A stretch of DNA of 64,000 nt from Oopsacas minuta. Taxonomy: Eukaryota; Animalia; Porifera. The notes under the pieces were generated by a model that was given only the letters and a program-made list of their open reading frames with translations, ran no database searches and was not told the DNA's origin. Position numbers and translations under genes: made by a program. The DNA lies in the NCBI GenBank assembly GCA_024704765.1, contig JAKMXF010000144.1, positions 62,001 through 126,000 of the forward strand. The letters run 5' to 3'. This document shows, in pieces, positions 46,925 to 59,341 of the stretch (position 1 is its first letter; every line of letters begins with the position of its first letter).

Positions 46925-47803
46925 TTACTTAATTCTTTGTTTGTTTTTTTGTTTGAGTTTCTGTAAACTTTCTCTCAGATTGCAGAGTGATATAATATCC
47001 GAATGGGACGTAAGGGGGGATACAGAGGAGCTCGCGAGTACCAAATGGTCCGCATCTGGTCTTGCCCTCTTTCCATTTAAGTTCCTCTGTCTAGCGTCGA
47101 TTGATAAACTCCCGAGTACTTTAGGTATCCGCTTATTGCTGGAGTTCTTTATTTTATTTCGGGCGTTCTCAAGACTCAACAAGAGGGTACTGACCTCGAG
47201 GGGAGGACCGGATAACGGTTGTCCTAGACAGGTGGCTTTAAAATTGGCACTACAATCCTCTGAGCTCGCACTCGGCCACAAATCTGGGAGAACTGCTGGG
47301 GCCTGTCTGACTCGTTTTAATAATCTTTTTTGCCTGTCGAGTAGAGCATCTTTTGATCCATCAATTAGGGCCTTAGCGTCTAGCACCACCTGACTGGGGT
47401 TTATAGAGATAGGACCGGCGGGTGGGGTGAGCGGTCGGGGTCCAGATATGTGATGCAAGGGTCGGAGAGGTCTAGGAATAACCTCAAGAGATCTCACGAG
47501 TCGAGGGTCAAGAGAGATCTTACCCCCGAATAGTTCTGTGATTACCTTAGGGGTGTATTTGTAATCATCCTCTCGGTCTATATGTCCCAGCACGTACAGC
47601 AGAGACGGTCCTGACGTGTTACCCCTGTCTCGGGGACGTATGGGGGCAAATATTTGTCTGAGACCGGTTAGGACCGTGTGACCAGGCCAGGGGGACAGCC
47701 TGTAGGCAGGGGAGCAGTGATCCGTGGGTAAGGACAAGTTCGAATACTTCGTACACAATCTTTTCTTAATTAATTTGTGTTGCGTGTGTGATATTCCTGC
47801 CAT
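46925..47803 (-). CDS. Hypothetical basic protein, 292 aa, intronless
   Basis: Long ATG-initiated ORF filling the gap between SERF and RRP36; no recognised motif. Confidence 0.65.
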   Translation of the reverse strand: MAGISHTQHKLIKKRLCTKYSNLSLPTDHCSPAYRLSPWPGHTVLTGLRQIFAPIRPRDRGNTSGPSLLYVLGHIDREDDYKYTPKVITELFGGKISLDPRLVRSLEVIPRPLRPLHHISGPRPLTPPAGPISINPSQVVLDAKALIDGSKDALLDRQKRLLKRVRQAPAVLPDLWPSASSEDCSANFKATCLGQPLSGPPLEVSTLLLSLENARNKIKNSSNKRIPKVLGSLSIDARQRNLNGKRARPDADHLVLASSSVSPLTSHSDIISLCNLRESLQKLKQKNKQRIK

Positions 47804-47893
47804 CTATAATGAAAATAATTAAAGGATAGAATTTACAAACTAATCACATTTATGACAGCTGTTTATTATTTGTTTACAAAATATTAATTATAT

Positions 47894-48583
47894 TTATGTT
47901 TCTCTCCTCTGTGGGATTTTCTTTCTAGACTTCTTTTCAAGCCTTTTCCGTCTTTTGTCTATTTCCTGTCTGCCCCGGTTCCTAGCTAGCCTATTCTCCA
48001 GTTGCATATTTCTGAGTATACTCTTTTTAAGGTGGAATCTCTTTTTCCCTTTTTTCACTTTCTCTCTCTCTTCTTTCATCCAGGATTTCTCTACTTCTCT
48101 GTCCCTAGCCCGCTCCTTCCTAGCCCTCTCCTGAGCCTTCATACGGTCTAAGAGGGCCCGTAACTTCTTTGTATCCTCATCAGGTCCCGCCCTTTGTACC
48201 TCTCTCTCTACTTCACACCTCTCCTCCTGTCTCACTTCATGCAGGAAGGAGTACGCTCGTCCAAAGCTGTCCTCATTGAAGGCTCCAGACCGATCATCGA
48301 ACCGAGGGTCTCTCGGCTGCTTGTTAGGTGTCTGTCTCTTTAAGAGGCGGGGCCGCTTCTTAGAGGAGAACTCCGGCGGTCTGTCCATATCTTTCCGGGG
48401 TGTCACAGGATCAGCGGTTCTTATTTTAGTCCGGTTATGATACACTTTAGAGAACTCCTTGCTACCCACACGGTCCCTAAGAGCCAAGAGGTCACTCAGG
48501 GGTACTTCAGCTAGTCCCTGTCTCCCAGTCCCATCAACTGATTGTGTCATAACTTCTTCCTTATTGTCACTTAATTTATCCAT
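47894..48583 (-). CDS. RRP36: rRNA biogenesis protein RRP36
   Basis: PPEFSSKKRP, PRDPRFDDRSGAFNEDSFGRAYSFL, EKVKKGKKRFHLKKS. Confidence 0.9.
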   Translation of the reverse strand: MDKLSDNKEEVMTQSVDGTGRQGLAEVPLSDLLALRDRVGSKEFSKVYHNRTKIRTADPVTPRKDMDRPPEFSSKKRPRLLKRQTPNKQPRDPRFDDRSGAFNEDSFGRAYSFLHEVRQEERCEVEREVQRAGPDEDTKKLRALLDRMKAQERARKERARDREVEKSWMKEEREKVKKGKKRFHLKKSILRNMQLENRLARNRGRQEIDKRRKRLEKKSRKKIPQRRET

Positions 48584-48667
48584 CTAATATAATTCTTGTA
48601 TAACCACATTCGTCAAGTCTTACACGTCTATTATCATTTATGTCAACGCACACCATTTGCCATACAC

Positions 48668-48680
48668 GTAACCTAGCAAC
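48668..48680 (+). promoter_or_regulatory. RFX X-box in the spacer upstream of RRP36
   Basis: GTAACCTAGCAAC fits GTNRCC-N-RGYAAC. Confidence 0.5.
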
Positions 48681-48700
48681 TAAAATAATATTAGGAATGT

Positions 48701-49447
48701 CTATAGATCTGTACAGGTTTTAGAGGCCAGTTGGCTCATGACCGATTCCTTCTTGTCCAGAGGGTGTTGAAGGAAGTTCCCTGTAGAGTCCTTGCAGGTC
48801 AGTGTGGGGGATGAACTGGAGAGGCTCATTTTAGTGGCGGCACGTACGTCTCCCGATTTAGCACGGATCAGCAGGTCCCTGGGTTGTGTGTCTCTTGAAA
48901 TTGTGTCTGGGAGGGATTGTTGGGAGTTACTCCTGTTTCTTGCACTCTCTGCTTTGAGATAGGAAGTAGATCGTATCCGGCTGACCTCGTCCAGAGGTGT
49001 GACTCTCTTCCTGTGTATTCTAGCGTTAGGAGATGACTGTAAGGATCGGATAAGAGGGGGACACGAGGGCGGTCCCATTTCCTGTATCCCAGGGAGTGAT
49101 GACTTGAGAGTAGCGTCATCTATTGACAGAGAGCTCCTTGATAAGGAGGACTGTCTTTGTGCGGGTTCTGTATATCCGTCCAGGCTTATGAGAGATAAGG
49201 AGTTACGTTTCGCCGGATCAGGAGAGGGAGACTCGCTAGTATCAGACTCCAGTCTCTTGAGTTCTTTAGAGGGTGTGAAGTGTGACACCAATGCATCAAT
49301 CTCTCTACACACATCATTAACACGTACTTGCATGTACTCACGGTCTGCTTTTAGCTGTTGACACTCCTTTCGGATTACAGAAATCTTGGAGTCTAGGTCC
49401 AACTCTTTAGGAGTACAGGGGGCAGGGGTAGCGGTCTGTTTCGGCAT
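48701..49447 (-). CDS. Hypothetical protein: N-terminal coiled coil, Ser-rich disordered region, C-terminal TDL
   Basis: 248-aa ORF; heptad stretch LDSKISVIRKECQQLKADREYMQVRVNDVCREIDAL; possible class I PDZ ligand. Confidence 0.65.
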   Translation of the reverse strand: MPKQTATPAPCTPKELDLDSKISVIRKECQQLKADREYMQVRVNDVCREIDALVSHFTPSKELKRLESDTSESPSPDPAKRNSLSLISLDGYTEPAQRQSSLSRSSLSIDDATLKSSLPGIQEMGPPSCPPLIRSLQSSPNARIHRKRVTPLDEVSRIRSTSYLKAESARNRSNSQQSLPDTISRDTQPRDLLIRAKSGDVRAATKMSLSSSSPTLTCKDSTGNFLQHPLDKKESVMSQLASKTCTDL

Positions 49448-49594
49448 TTATCAGATGGTTATTCTCAGATATTTTATACTATGTTTATGCCTACTACTAT
49501 GACCTAATACGTAAATATCCTAGTAACCATGATGTAGAATGGAATGTGTATTACAATTCTAATTCAATAAGCATGGTATGTAGCTATAGCACAG

Positions 49595-50266
49595 ATGGCT
49601 GGTATCAATATTGATGTGAATGCCCCCACAATACCCATGAAGAACCCGATCTCCTTCCTCCAGGAGCTGTCACAGATGCATCGGTTCCCTATGCCGGAGT
49701 ACGAGGAGTCACAGGGGAATTATAATGAGTTTGGGTACACCGTGAAAATAAATTTCAGTCATGACCCCGCGAAGGTGTTTAATTTCTATGGCAACGGAAA
49801 GACAAAAAAGAATGCAAAGACCCGATCAGCTGAGACAGCGATTGAGTACCTCCGGCGGAACCTCCCCCAGGTGTTTGAGGCTCCTCCCCCTCCGGAAGTG
49901 ATTGTGGACCTGAATGAGCTGTCACCCATGGTCCGTGACATGCACCTAAAGAAAATGCCTCAGATGTCATCTAACAAACAGACATTCTCCGCGAAGAGTG
50001 AGAGTCAGCTGGTCCATGAGTCTGAAGAGTTGGGACATCAGAAGTTGGGAATAGACGTTGGTAAACTAATCCAGAGAGGACGCATGGACAAGGGACTAAC
50101 ACAGAAGGACCTAGCTGGGAAGATAAACGAGAAACCAAATATAATAGTAGACTATGAGCTAGGGAAAGTGGTCCCTAATATTCACATTATGTCTAAGTTA
50201 GAGAGAGCACTAGGCATGAAACTTAGAGGTCCAAGTGCCGGACAACCATTTGGCTCAAAGAAATGA
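49595..50266 (+). CDS. dsRBD-EDF1/MBF1 fusion protein, intronless
   Basis: aa ~16-86 dsRBD ([11 protein letters not shown]...PEY...FGYTVKI...[18 protein letters not shown]); aa ~125-223 MBF1 C-part and HTH (SNKQ...[54 protein letters not shown]...[12 protein letters not shown]). Confidence 0.85.
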   Translation: MAGINIDVNAPTIPMKNPISFLQELSQMHRFPMPEYEESQGNYNEFGYTVKINFSHDPAKVFNFYGNGKTKKNAKTRSAETAIEYLRRNLPQVFEAPPPPEVIVDLNELSPMVRDMHLKKMPQMSSNKQTFSAKSESQLVHESEELGHQKLGIDVGKLIQRGRMDKGLTQKDLAGKINEKPNIIVDYELGKVVPNIHIMSKLERALGMKLRGPSAGQPFGSKK

Positions 50267-50391
50267 CAAAATATAGGTTTGCTTAGCGATTAATAGTCCG
50301 CATCGAACAGTCCACTATTTTGTATATCTTATTTGTTTGTTTGTTTGTTTGTTGTTGTTTCCCTTATTAATAACATTTCGAAGCCAATTAG

Positions 50392-52674
<2,283 letters not shown>

Positions 52675-52723
52675 ATATTGAGTAGTATTTTGTGTTTATT
52701 TGTATATTTATTTTTTGATTTTT

Positions 52724-52748
52724 TGTTTGTTTGTTTGTTTGTTTGTTT
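52724..52748 (+). repeat. (TTTG)n tract in JNK 3' region
   Basis: Run of TTTG units about 50 nt after the stop; a similar tract lies at 50331-50350 after the dsRBD-EDF1 stop. Confidence 0.85.
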
Positions 52749-53047
52749 ATGAACTTGTCAACCTTTGAGGTATGTGGCATATACTTAACTACCTTTAGAA
52801 ATTGTTACCCCCTCCCCCTGGTTAGTGGTTCATGGTCCCCTTAGTGGTCCACATGATCCCAAAATTGTATGGGAGAGGGGAATCGCTACCCTAGGGGACA
52901 GACATCAAAATACGCACTAATTTTGGCCACAATCGTAACTAGAGTTTATTTGGGAGAACAATCTGGGCCTATAGCATTGATCCCGCACCTAGCGGACACA
53001 ATTTCAACCACTTCAACTGCCATATCTATAAATTAACACTTCTATAG

Positions 53048-53055
53048 TGACGTCA
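53048..53055. promoter_or_regulatory. CRE palindrome TGACGTCA upstream of PFDN6
   Basis: Exact TGACGTCA 17 nt before the ATG; also at 4048, 4448, 7140, 19325, 30260 and 52304. Confidence 0.4.
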
Positions 53056-53071
53056 TAATAGGTTAATTAGT

Positions 53072-53449
53072 ATGAGTACAGTAGCTCGCACTAAGCTAGA
53101 TAAGGAACTGCAGAAGGCTGTCCAGACAGTACAGGGTCTTCATAAGGAGGTACAGAAGGGCATAGCGGCCCATTCACAGCTGGAAGCTCAGTTAAACGAG
53201 AATAAAATTGTCCTCGATGAGTTAGCGCTCCTCACTGATGAGTCGAGGGTGTTTAAACTGGTTGGTCCGATCCTGGTCCGTCAGGACCTATTCGAGGCAA
53301 GGGATATCGTAACCAAACGACTGGACTACATCTCCGGAGAGATGAAGAGACATGAGAAGGCCATCAAGGAGGCTGAAGACAAGCAAGAGGTCTCTCGGAA
53401 GCAGATTGGAGAAATACAAGCTCAATACCAGTCTATAGCTAAGAAATAG
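53072..53449 (+). CDS. PFDN6: Prefoldin subunit 6
   Basis: LEAQLNENKIVLDELALL...VFKLVGPILVRQDLFEARDIVTKRLDYISGEMKR. Confidence 0.93.
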   Translation: MSTVARTKLDKELQKAVQTVQGLHKEVQKGIAAHSQLEAQLNENKIVLDELALLTDESRVFKLVGPILVRQDLFEARDIVTKRLDYISGEMKRHEKAIKEAEDKQEVSRKQIGEIQAQYQSIAKK

Positions 53450-53620
53450 ATTGTTTTTGTTGTTTATTTATGACCTGTCTCTAATGTTTGTGTGCCAAGG
53501 GTATCAGGGTCTATGGGGCAATGGTTCTTTGGGGTCCAATCCTCATGTATGCTTTCTAAAAATACATTAACAATAACTTCTAATTGTGTCAGTTAGCTTG
53601 TGTATAGATCATAGTTACAG

Positions 53621-56375
53621 ATGGCCATTCGAGGAATGTGAGTTACATAATATCCTAGTTACGTATGTGGTTAACCAATATGTATTCTATAGAAAGAATG
53701 TGGTGGGTAATTACACTAACGGAGAGATAAAGGTTAGAGAATCTACCACTAACGAACCATGGGGGCCAACTACTGCCCAACTAGCTGAGATATCTGATCT
53801 CTGCTATCAGCTGTAAGTGTGTGCCACTATTCACACCTTTTACATATTACTTTATGCCACTTTTCACACTTATAGATTACACTTCCATGAAGTCATGGGC
53901 ATGATCGAGAAGAGACTAAATGATAAAGGCAAGAACTACAGACACGTTGCTAAGGTAAGCCTCAGGAATGTTCGGAATGTACACTCTCTTATATTACTGT
54001 GTAGGGTCTCCTTGTACTCGATTACGTCATAAAAACAGGACCAGAGAGGGTGATACAGCACTGGAAGGATAAGCTCTATATTATTAATACTCTCAAAGAT
54101 TTCCAGTTTACAGATAAGGATAGTAAAGACCAGGGACGTACAAGTGAGTGATATAGTTATACCTCCACGTAGCCACTTAACACCCTCAAATGTTCTCCTG
54201 AATGTTCCTGGAACGAATTGTCTGATACCCTTGGAACAGAGGTTCCTAACCTTTTCCACCCGTCGACACCTTGAGATCGTGTGAGGGACCAATGGGATCC
54301 AGGTCTGGTACCACTCCCTCAGAAGTTCCGTTACTATCATATCCTCTTGAATATAATCATCCCTCTCAAATGTTTCGTATATTATCATGTATTCTGTTAT
54401 TAGTACGAGACAGAGCTAAGCAATTGACTTTACTCCTGAATGACAACGAAATGTTGCTAGCTGAGAGAGAGAAAGCCTTAGAGGTAAGCTCTATATTCTT
54501 ATTTATTAATATATGTATTTATCAAATCTATTTTTAGACTAAAAAGAAGTTCCATTCCGGCACCTTAGCCCCCACCACATCAAGGTATTATTTGATTGGT
54601 TAATCTCCTTTGAAAGAATATATTATGTGTTCTATTTTTAGCGACCCTATGTCACGTTCCTGGGAACCAGAGAGGAAACCATTCCAAGATGGGTGAGTTT
54701 ATTGATCCCCTGTATCCCTGGAGGGTGTTTAATATGTGTAATTATAGCAAGGGTTCACAGAAAGGATCAACACCTAATCTCTCAGCTGACATCAAAGCCG
54801 CTCTCCCCTCTACCAAGGGAGAGGAGGACTTACAGTTACAAGTAGCCCTGGCTCTCTCTAAGGAGGCCGATGCCAAGATTGAGAAATCAAGGTTTGATTG
54901 TCTGTCTGTCTCTTTGTCTCTTTGTTTGTTTGTCTCTTTATCTCTTTGTTTATTATTCTTATTATCATATTAGTTTGGATGAAGAGAATCAGTATAAACA
55001 AGCTATTCAGCTCTCAAAGACAACGCCTAATCATACAAAAAGTAAATACTAATAATATATTTGTTGTTATTTGTGTTTACATGTATTCATAGCTCCTGGA
55101 TTGATCGCGCCCCCTCCCAGTACAAAACCAGCAGACCCATGGGCCTCTCTCCCCGAACCGTCACAGCCTAAGGCCCCAGAGGAACTAGGAGACCCCTGGG
55201 GTGGTATCGGGGGTACCACACAGCCCCCTGTACCCTCAGTGGTAGAGGAACTACTAATTCAAGACCCAACAGAAGTACCAGGTAACATAACATTACTACC
55301 ATTCTATCACTATGGTAGATTAATTACGTAACTCTCAATTAGATCCGTGGGAGAGAGGAGAGCTGAGAGGGAGGTTGGACAGTCCAGCTCCTGATGTATC
55401 AGACCCATGGGGTGCACTCACCTCTGCACCTAGCGGGAGTCCTGCTTTGAAGCCTGTTAATCTGACCAATGAGATTGTTATGTGAGTAAATAATCAACAA
55501 TAATTGAATAATTAAATTATACATGTGTTATTAGGGGACCAGACCCGTGGGCAGGAGCTAATAAGACCACTGAGGCTCAGGACCCTCTCACCCTAATGGA
55601 TCGCCCCGTCAGTCCGCCCAAGCAGCCAGCTGTACTGGATCCTCAACGCAATTCAAAGGTATAATTTATCAAATTTACAATATACTATTATTTAATTATT
55701 CTATTCAAACAGCTGACTGCAGCTAATACAGTAGAAGAAGACTTCCTTGGTTCCTCTAACGCTAAGCTCGTTAACTTAGATGCTCTGGTTGATCTAGGCC
55801 GCGCCCCCACCTCCGGGTCTAGTCAGGTGGGGAACCCATTCGCAATGCTCCCACCTGAGCCAACCAGTAAACCGGTCAGTAATCCATTTCTATCCGCTAC
55901 AGAGACTCCTAGACCTACTCTCAATCAAATGAGAGATTTCTCTAAGCCAGGTTTGTTTACTTATTTATGTTTTTATTGTTTATTTATTTTTTGTTTGTCT
56001 ACAGATCCTCTTCAAGCCCCCTTGGTCCCGTCCGGTCTCTCTGCCCCCTCCTACTCAGCTCTCCAGTCCTCCCAAGGGTCAGACCTAGCGTCTGTCTTCC
56101 AGACCTCTTCTGTACCCACTACTAATCCAACTTATAACTTCACAAACCCTCAGGCACCCACCAGCCTCTCAGGGTTTGGACAGTTTCAGACCAATCCAGG
56201 AAATCCCGCCTTTCAGACCGGACCCCCGGTCAACTTATTCGGGACCGGGCAAGCCCCCACAGGAACTCCAGCATACTCTGCTTTCCAGGGTGCGCCAGTC
56301 CCCCCGGGTCCTGCCCCAGGCGCCAATTACGGAGGAGGGTCAAACTTCCCACAGAGCTCAAACCCATTTTTCTGA
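53621..56375 (+). CDS. EPN: Epsin (ENTH + UIM + DPW + NPF), multi-exon
   Basis: KNVVGNYTNGEIKVRESTTNEPWGP, EKRLNDKGKNYRHVAK, DQGR, VRDRAKQLTLLL; UIM EEDLQLQVALALSKE; several DPW motifs; three NPF motifs. Confidence 0.9.
54237..54255 (+). mobile_element. Charlie-like terminal sequence in epsin intron (solo end)
   Basis: CAGAGGTTCCTAACCTTTT resembles the 7329 element end; no matching right TIR seen. Confidence 0.3.
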
Positions 56376-56511
56376 GTGTGTGTGTGTACAGTGACTAGCC
56401 AATTGGCTTTTAGAACTTCTTAAGAAATGTTGTATATGTAAATGCATTGCAATATAGGTTAAATTCTAATTTTTAATTCAATTATTCAATTCTACATATT
56501 TGTATATTAGA

Positions 56512-56874
56512 ATGGTTGCTAAGGAGCAGGAATTTGAATTGGAGCTAGCCTGGTGTATCTCACAACTGGAGGTGTCGGTCAATGACAAACGAGTCTCCAA
56601 GAAACAGAATGAAGAGAACGCACGGATCGCTCGACAGCTCGCCTCTCCCAAAACTCCTTTCCCCCGTAAAAGACAATTGATGCGGTCTACTTTCGGAGAC
56701 TACAGGGCTAAAATGAAGTCACATCCCCTCCCAGAATTATCTAGACCCTCTGTTTGTAAGAAACAGGAACCAGATGGGATGTTCTACAAGGTGTCAGGGT
56801 CCAAGACCCATGAAGGAGGGACAACTGACTCCCCTAACGACCCATTCAAATTCCAATTCAATATAGAAAGCTAA
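56512..56874 (+). CDS. UPF0488/C8orf33-like protein
   Basis: EFELELAWCISQLE...LASPKTPFPRKRQLMRSTFGDYRAKM...FKFQF. Confidence 0.8.
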   Translation: MVAKEQEFELELAWCISQLEVSVNDKRVSKKQNEENARIARQLASPKTPFPRKRQLMRSTFGDYRAKMKSHPLPELSRPSVCKKQEPDGMFYKVSGSKTHEGGTTDSPNDPFKFQFNIES

Positions 56875-56966
56875 CACAATTAACAGGCGAGTAATTAGTT
56901 TTTTCATATACACACACAATTTGTGATTAAAGTATAAATTACAACTCTTGTTTGTTTATTGTTCGT

Positions 56967-57509
56967 CTAGTCATCAATAGGGTTATAATGCAGGTCTCTT
57001 CCAAACTGTGAGTAGTGTACATAGCTTGACAGCTTATTCAAACCTCGAAACAGGAAAAAGAATAATATCAACAACAGTAACATCTGAAAAATAATAAATA
57101 TGATAGCAGCAGAGAATTCAAGAACAACGAACTTATTAAAGTACTCATCCTCTTCTTCTACGTCATAGAACCCTATGATCCTCTGAGCGTTAATATTAAC
57201 AACACCTCCTGAGAACACTAGACTTAATTGTGCCAGTATAAAGTATATAACACCGAGTAGAATGTGGCAGCAATAGCTATACAATAGTAATACGAGACAG
57301 CTTAATGGTACACAGAATACTAACCCCCACCAGCAAAAGAACTCATGCTCAAAAGTGTTATCAAGTTCCGCTACTGTCCAATGGTTCCGCATTGCGAATC
57401 CTGTCAGGAAAACTATCCAAGCGGAGAGGGAGAGCACCATCAGAGCTATCGTGAAGATGACAGAACTCTTGCCTGTCCTTGTAGCTAATGAATCGATCTT
57501 CCAGTGCAT
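56967..57509 (-). CDS. Four-TM membrane protein, unknown family
   Basis: Four hydrophobic segments, acidic second loop (DVEEEDE), short tail; upstream 75-nt GTGAGC...CTGTAG 5'UTR intron at 57523-57597. Confidence 0.65.
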   Translation of the reverse strand: MHWKIDSLATRTGKSSVIFTIALMVLSLSAWIVFLTGFAMRNHWTVAELDNTFEHEFFCWWGLVFCVPLSCLVLLLYSYCCHILLGVIYFILAQLSLVFSGGVVNINAQRIIGFYDVEEEDEYFNKFVVLEFSAAIIFIIFQMLLLLILFFFLFRGLNKLSSYVHYSQFGRDLHYNPIDD

Positions 57510-58112
57510 TATCTTACCAATTCTACAGAAAGAGAGTAGTCGTCATTAATATGCTCTTAAGTAAAAAAGAAATTCTTCAAACTATCTATGAGCTCACCTG
57601 CTGTTAGCCAAGTAGCCTGGGATTCTTGGACACATTCAAGCTTAAAATATACTGGGCCTATCTGTCGAGGTTATATCCATGAATCTATAAGACCTGAATC
57701 CATACTTACTTCCAGATGCAAAGAGCTCGCAATCACAGCATTTTTTGGCCGCACATCTTGTAAGTTATCATCCTGGCTAGACTGAACAATTCTAATGCAA
57801 TAGGAATGCAATCGCCACTTCCATAATTGTCCAAATTGCTCGCAATTTCCAGTGAATCCATATAATCCATATAATCCATATGATGGAGTTGAAAGACAGT
57901 ACGTATCCAAATAGTAGTCTATCGTGTGGTATAGCTAGACACTACTCTTCAATTACATTATACTCCAGTTGTTATTTGTTTAATACTTATGCAACTAGTT
58001 AAGTCTACTGTAATACCGACGCGTTACTAACACCCAATAATTGTCTGATATTTAAATAGTTCATAAAGTACAACGATATGTGATCGAGACACTACCAAGT
58101 GATACTTATTAA

Positions 58113-59083
58113 TTACATAACTCTACAATTTTTGTAATTGTATGGGCTGTTTTGAAGCGTTGTGACTTTGCAGAAATCAGGACTGTCTTGCAGTTTTGTC
58201 GGTGACATGAACACCTCCCTTTTGAGAGTTTTGAAACTGTCGTCTTCAGCGAAGCTTGCCACTCGCCTATAGAATATTTATTTAAATTAGGGATTGGATT
58301 GAGGGGGGCTAGAGGGAGTACGGTGGGGGGTAACCTCACCTACCTACGTGAATCAGATGGCTTTGTTCTGTGAGCGTAGCATACTGGACAGGGTTTAATT
58401 TTGGAGAGGTGCACGCTCACGTGTCTGTGTAGCCCTGTACCCTCCCGACTCTTTAGCTCTAGATCTGTTCCGCTGACGTAATTGGGACGCGCCGAGGACG
58501 GCTTAGACTTCTTCTGGACCATTTCTCCCTGTGGATTAACCTCCGTCGCGAACGGTGCTTCTCCCGTTAGGTAATCTTTCTTTTGTTTGGGTGAGAAATA
58601 AGGAGAGGCCCTCAGGTCCACATATCTTGACAGACTCTGTTCTGAACGAGAACACGCTCTGTCGAAGGGGGAAAATGCGAATTTGCAGAGCGGACAGGTG
58701 TCCTCCTCTCTTGGTAGAATACATTCCTTATACGATCCCCCTAGCAACGCTATAACTCTAAAACTTGACTGTCTGTCCCTCAATTCGTGTTTCAACAAAA
58801 ACTCTACTTGATCATCACCGATCGTACAGGATAATCTCTGTGAAAATTCTCTGAATAGTACACCCTTACACTCCCGACACAATGAAGTGGTCTGAGCCAT
58901 TGTACCGTAATCTTTCTCTCTACAAAACGCTATTTCTATCTTGAACCGTTTGGGCTGAAAAGTCTCTTCTAAGAGGGAACTTCTCCTCTTACTGTCAGGA
59001 CTATTCACGTAACAAGAAATCTCAAATTCGATTTGATAAGGTTGTGTGTGTCCACTGGCAATACTCTTCTTTCTCTGTAACAT
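58113..59083 (-). CDS. Hypothetical protein with three CxxC pairs, two exons, C-terminal CRVM
   Basis: Exon 59083-58344, then a 77-nt intron (58267-58343), then RRVASFAEDD...YKNCRVM*; motifs CREC, CPLC, CPVC. Confidence 0.55.
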
Positions 59084-59341
59084 ACTGTATGTAATCTAAG
59101 ATATTATCCATCAGTGGTTTGTCTATTTATACTACAGATTTGTCTGTCTGTTGCTTCTGCCCGCATTCATAATATATAAATATGGTAGACGAAACAAAGA
59201 ATTATATCTACTATTTACCAACAGTGCTAGACTGTCTGTTTCATTTTGTAGTTCGGGGATGACTTGATCTTGTCAGTTGTTTATTTGTTGTGATTATTCA
59301 CTTGTTTACGTTTTTGTTTGTATAATATTATCAGCTGTTAG

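Noticed and set aside
52918-52926. Sm-site-like AATTTTGG as part of an SL RNA gene
   Set aside because: The motif is common in AT-rich DNA and no leader+GT+stem-loop arrangement could be established by eye.
57588-57910. Short ORFs with an ATATGGATT triple repeat
   Set aside because: No domain signal; donor sites suggest 5'UTR exons of the four-TM gene.
58109-58342. In-frame ORF directly after TAG 58340, suggesting stop read-through
   Set aside because: A 77-nt GT-AG intron starting at 58343 removes the TAG and opens a more natural frame.
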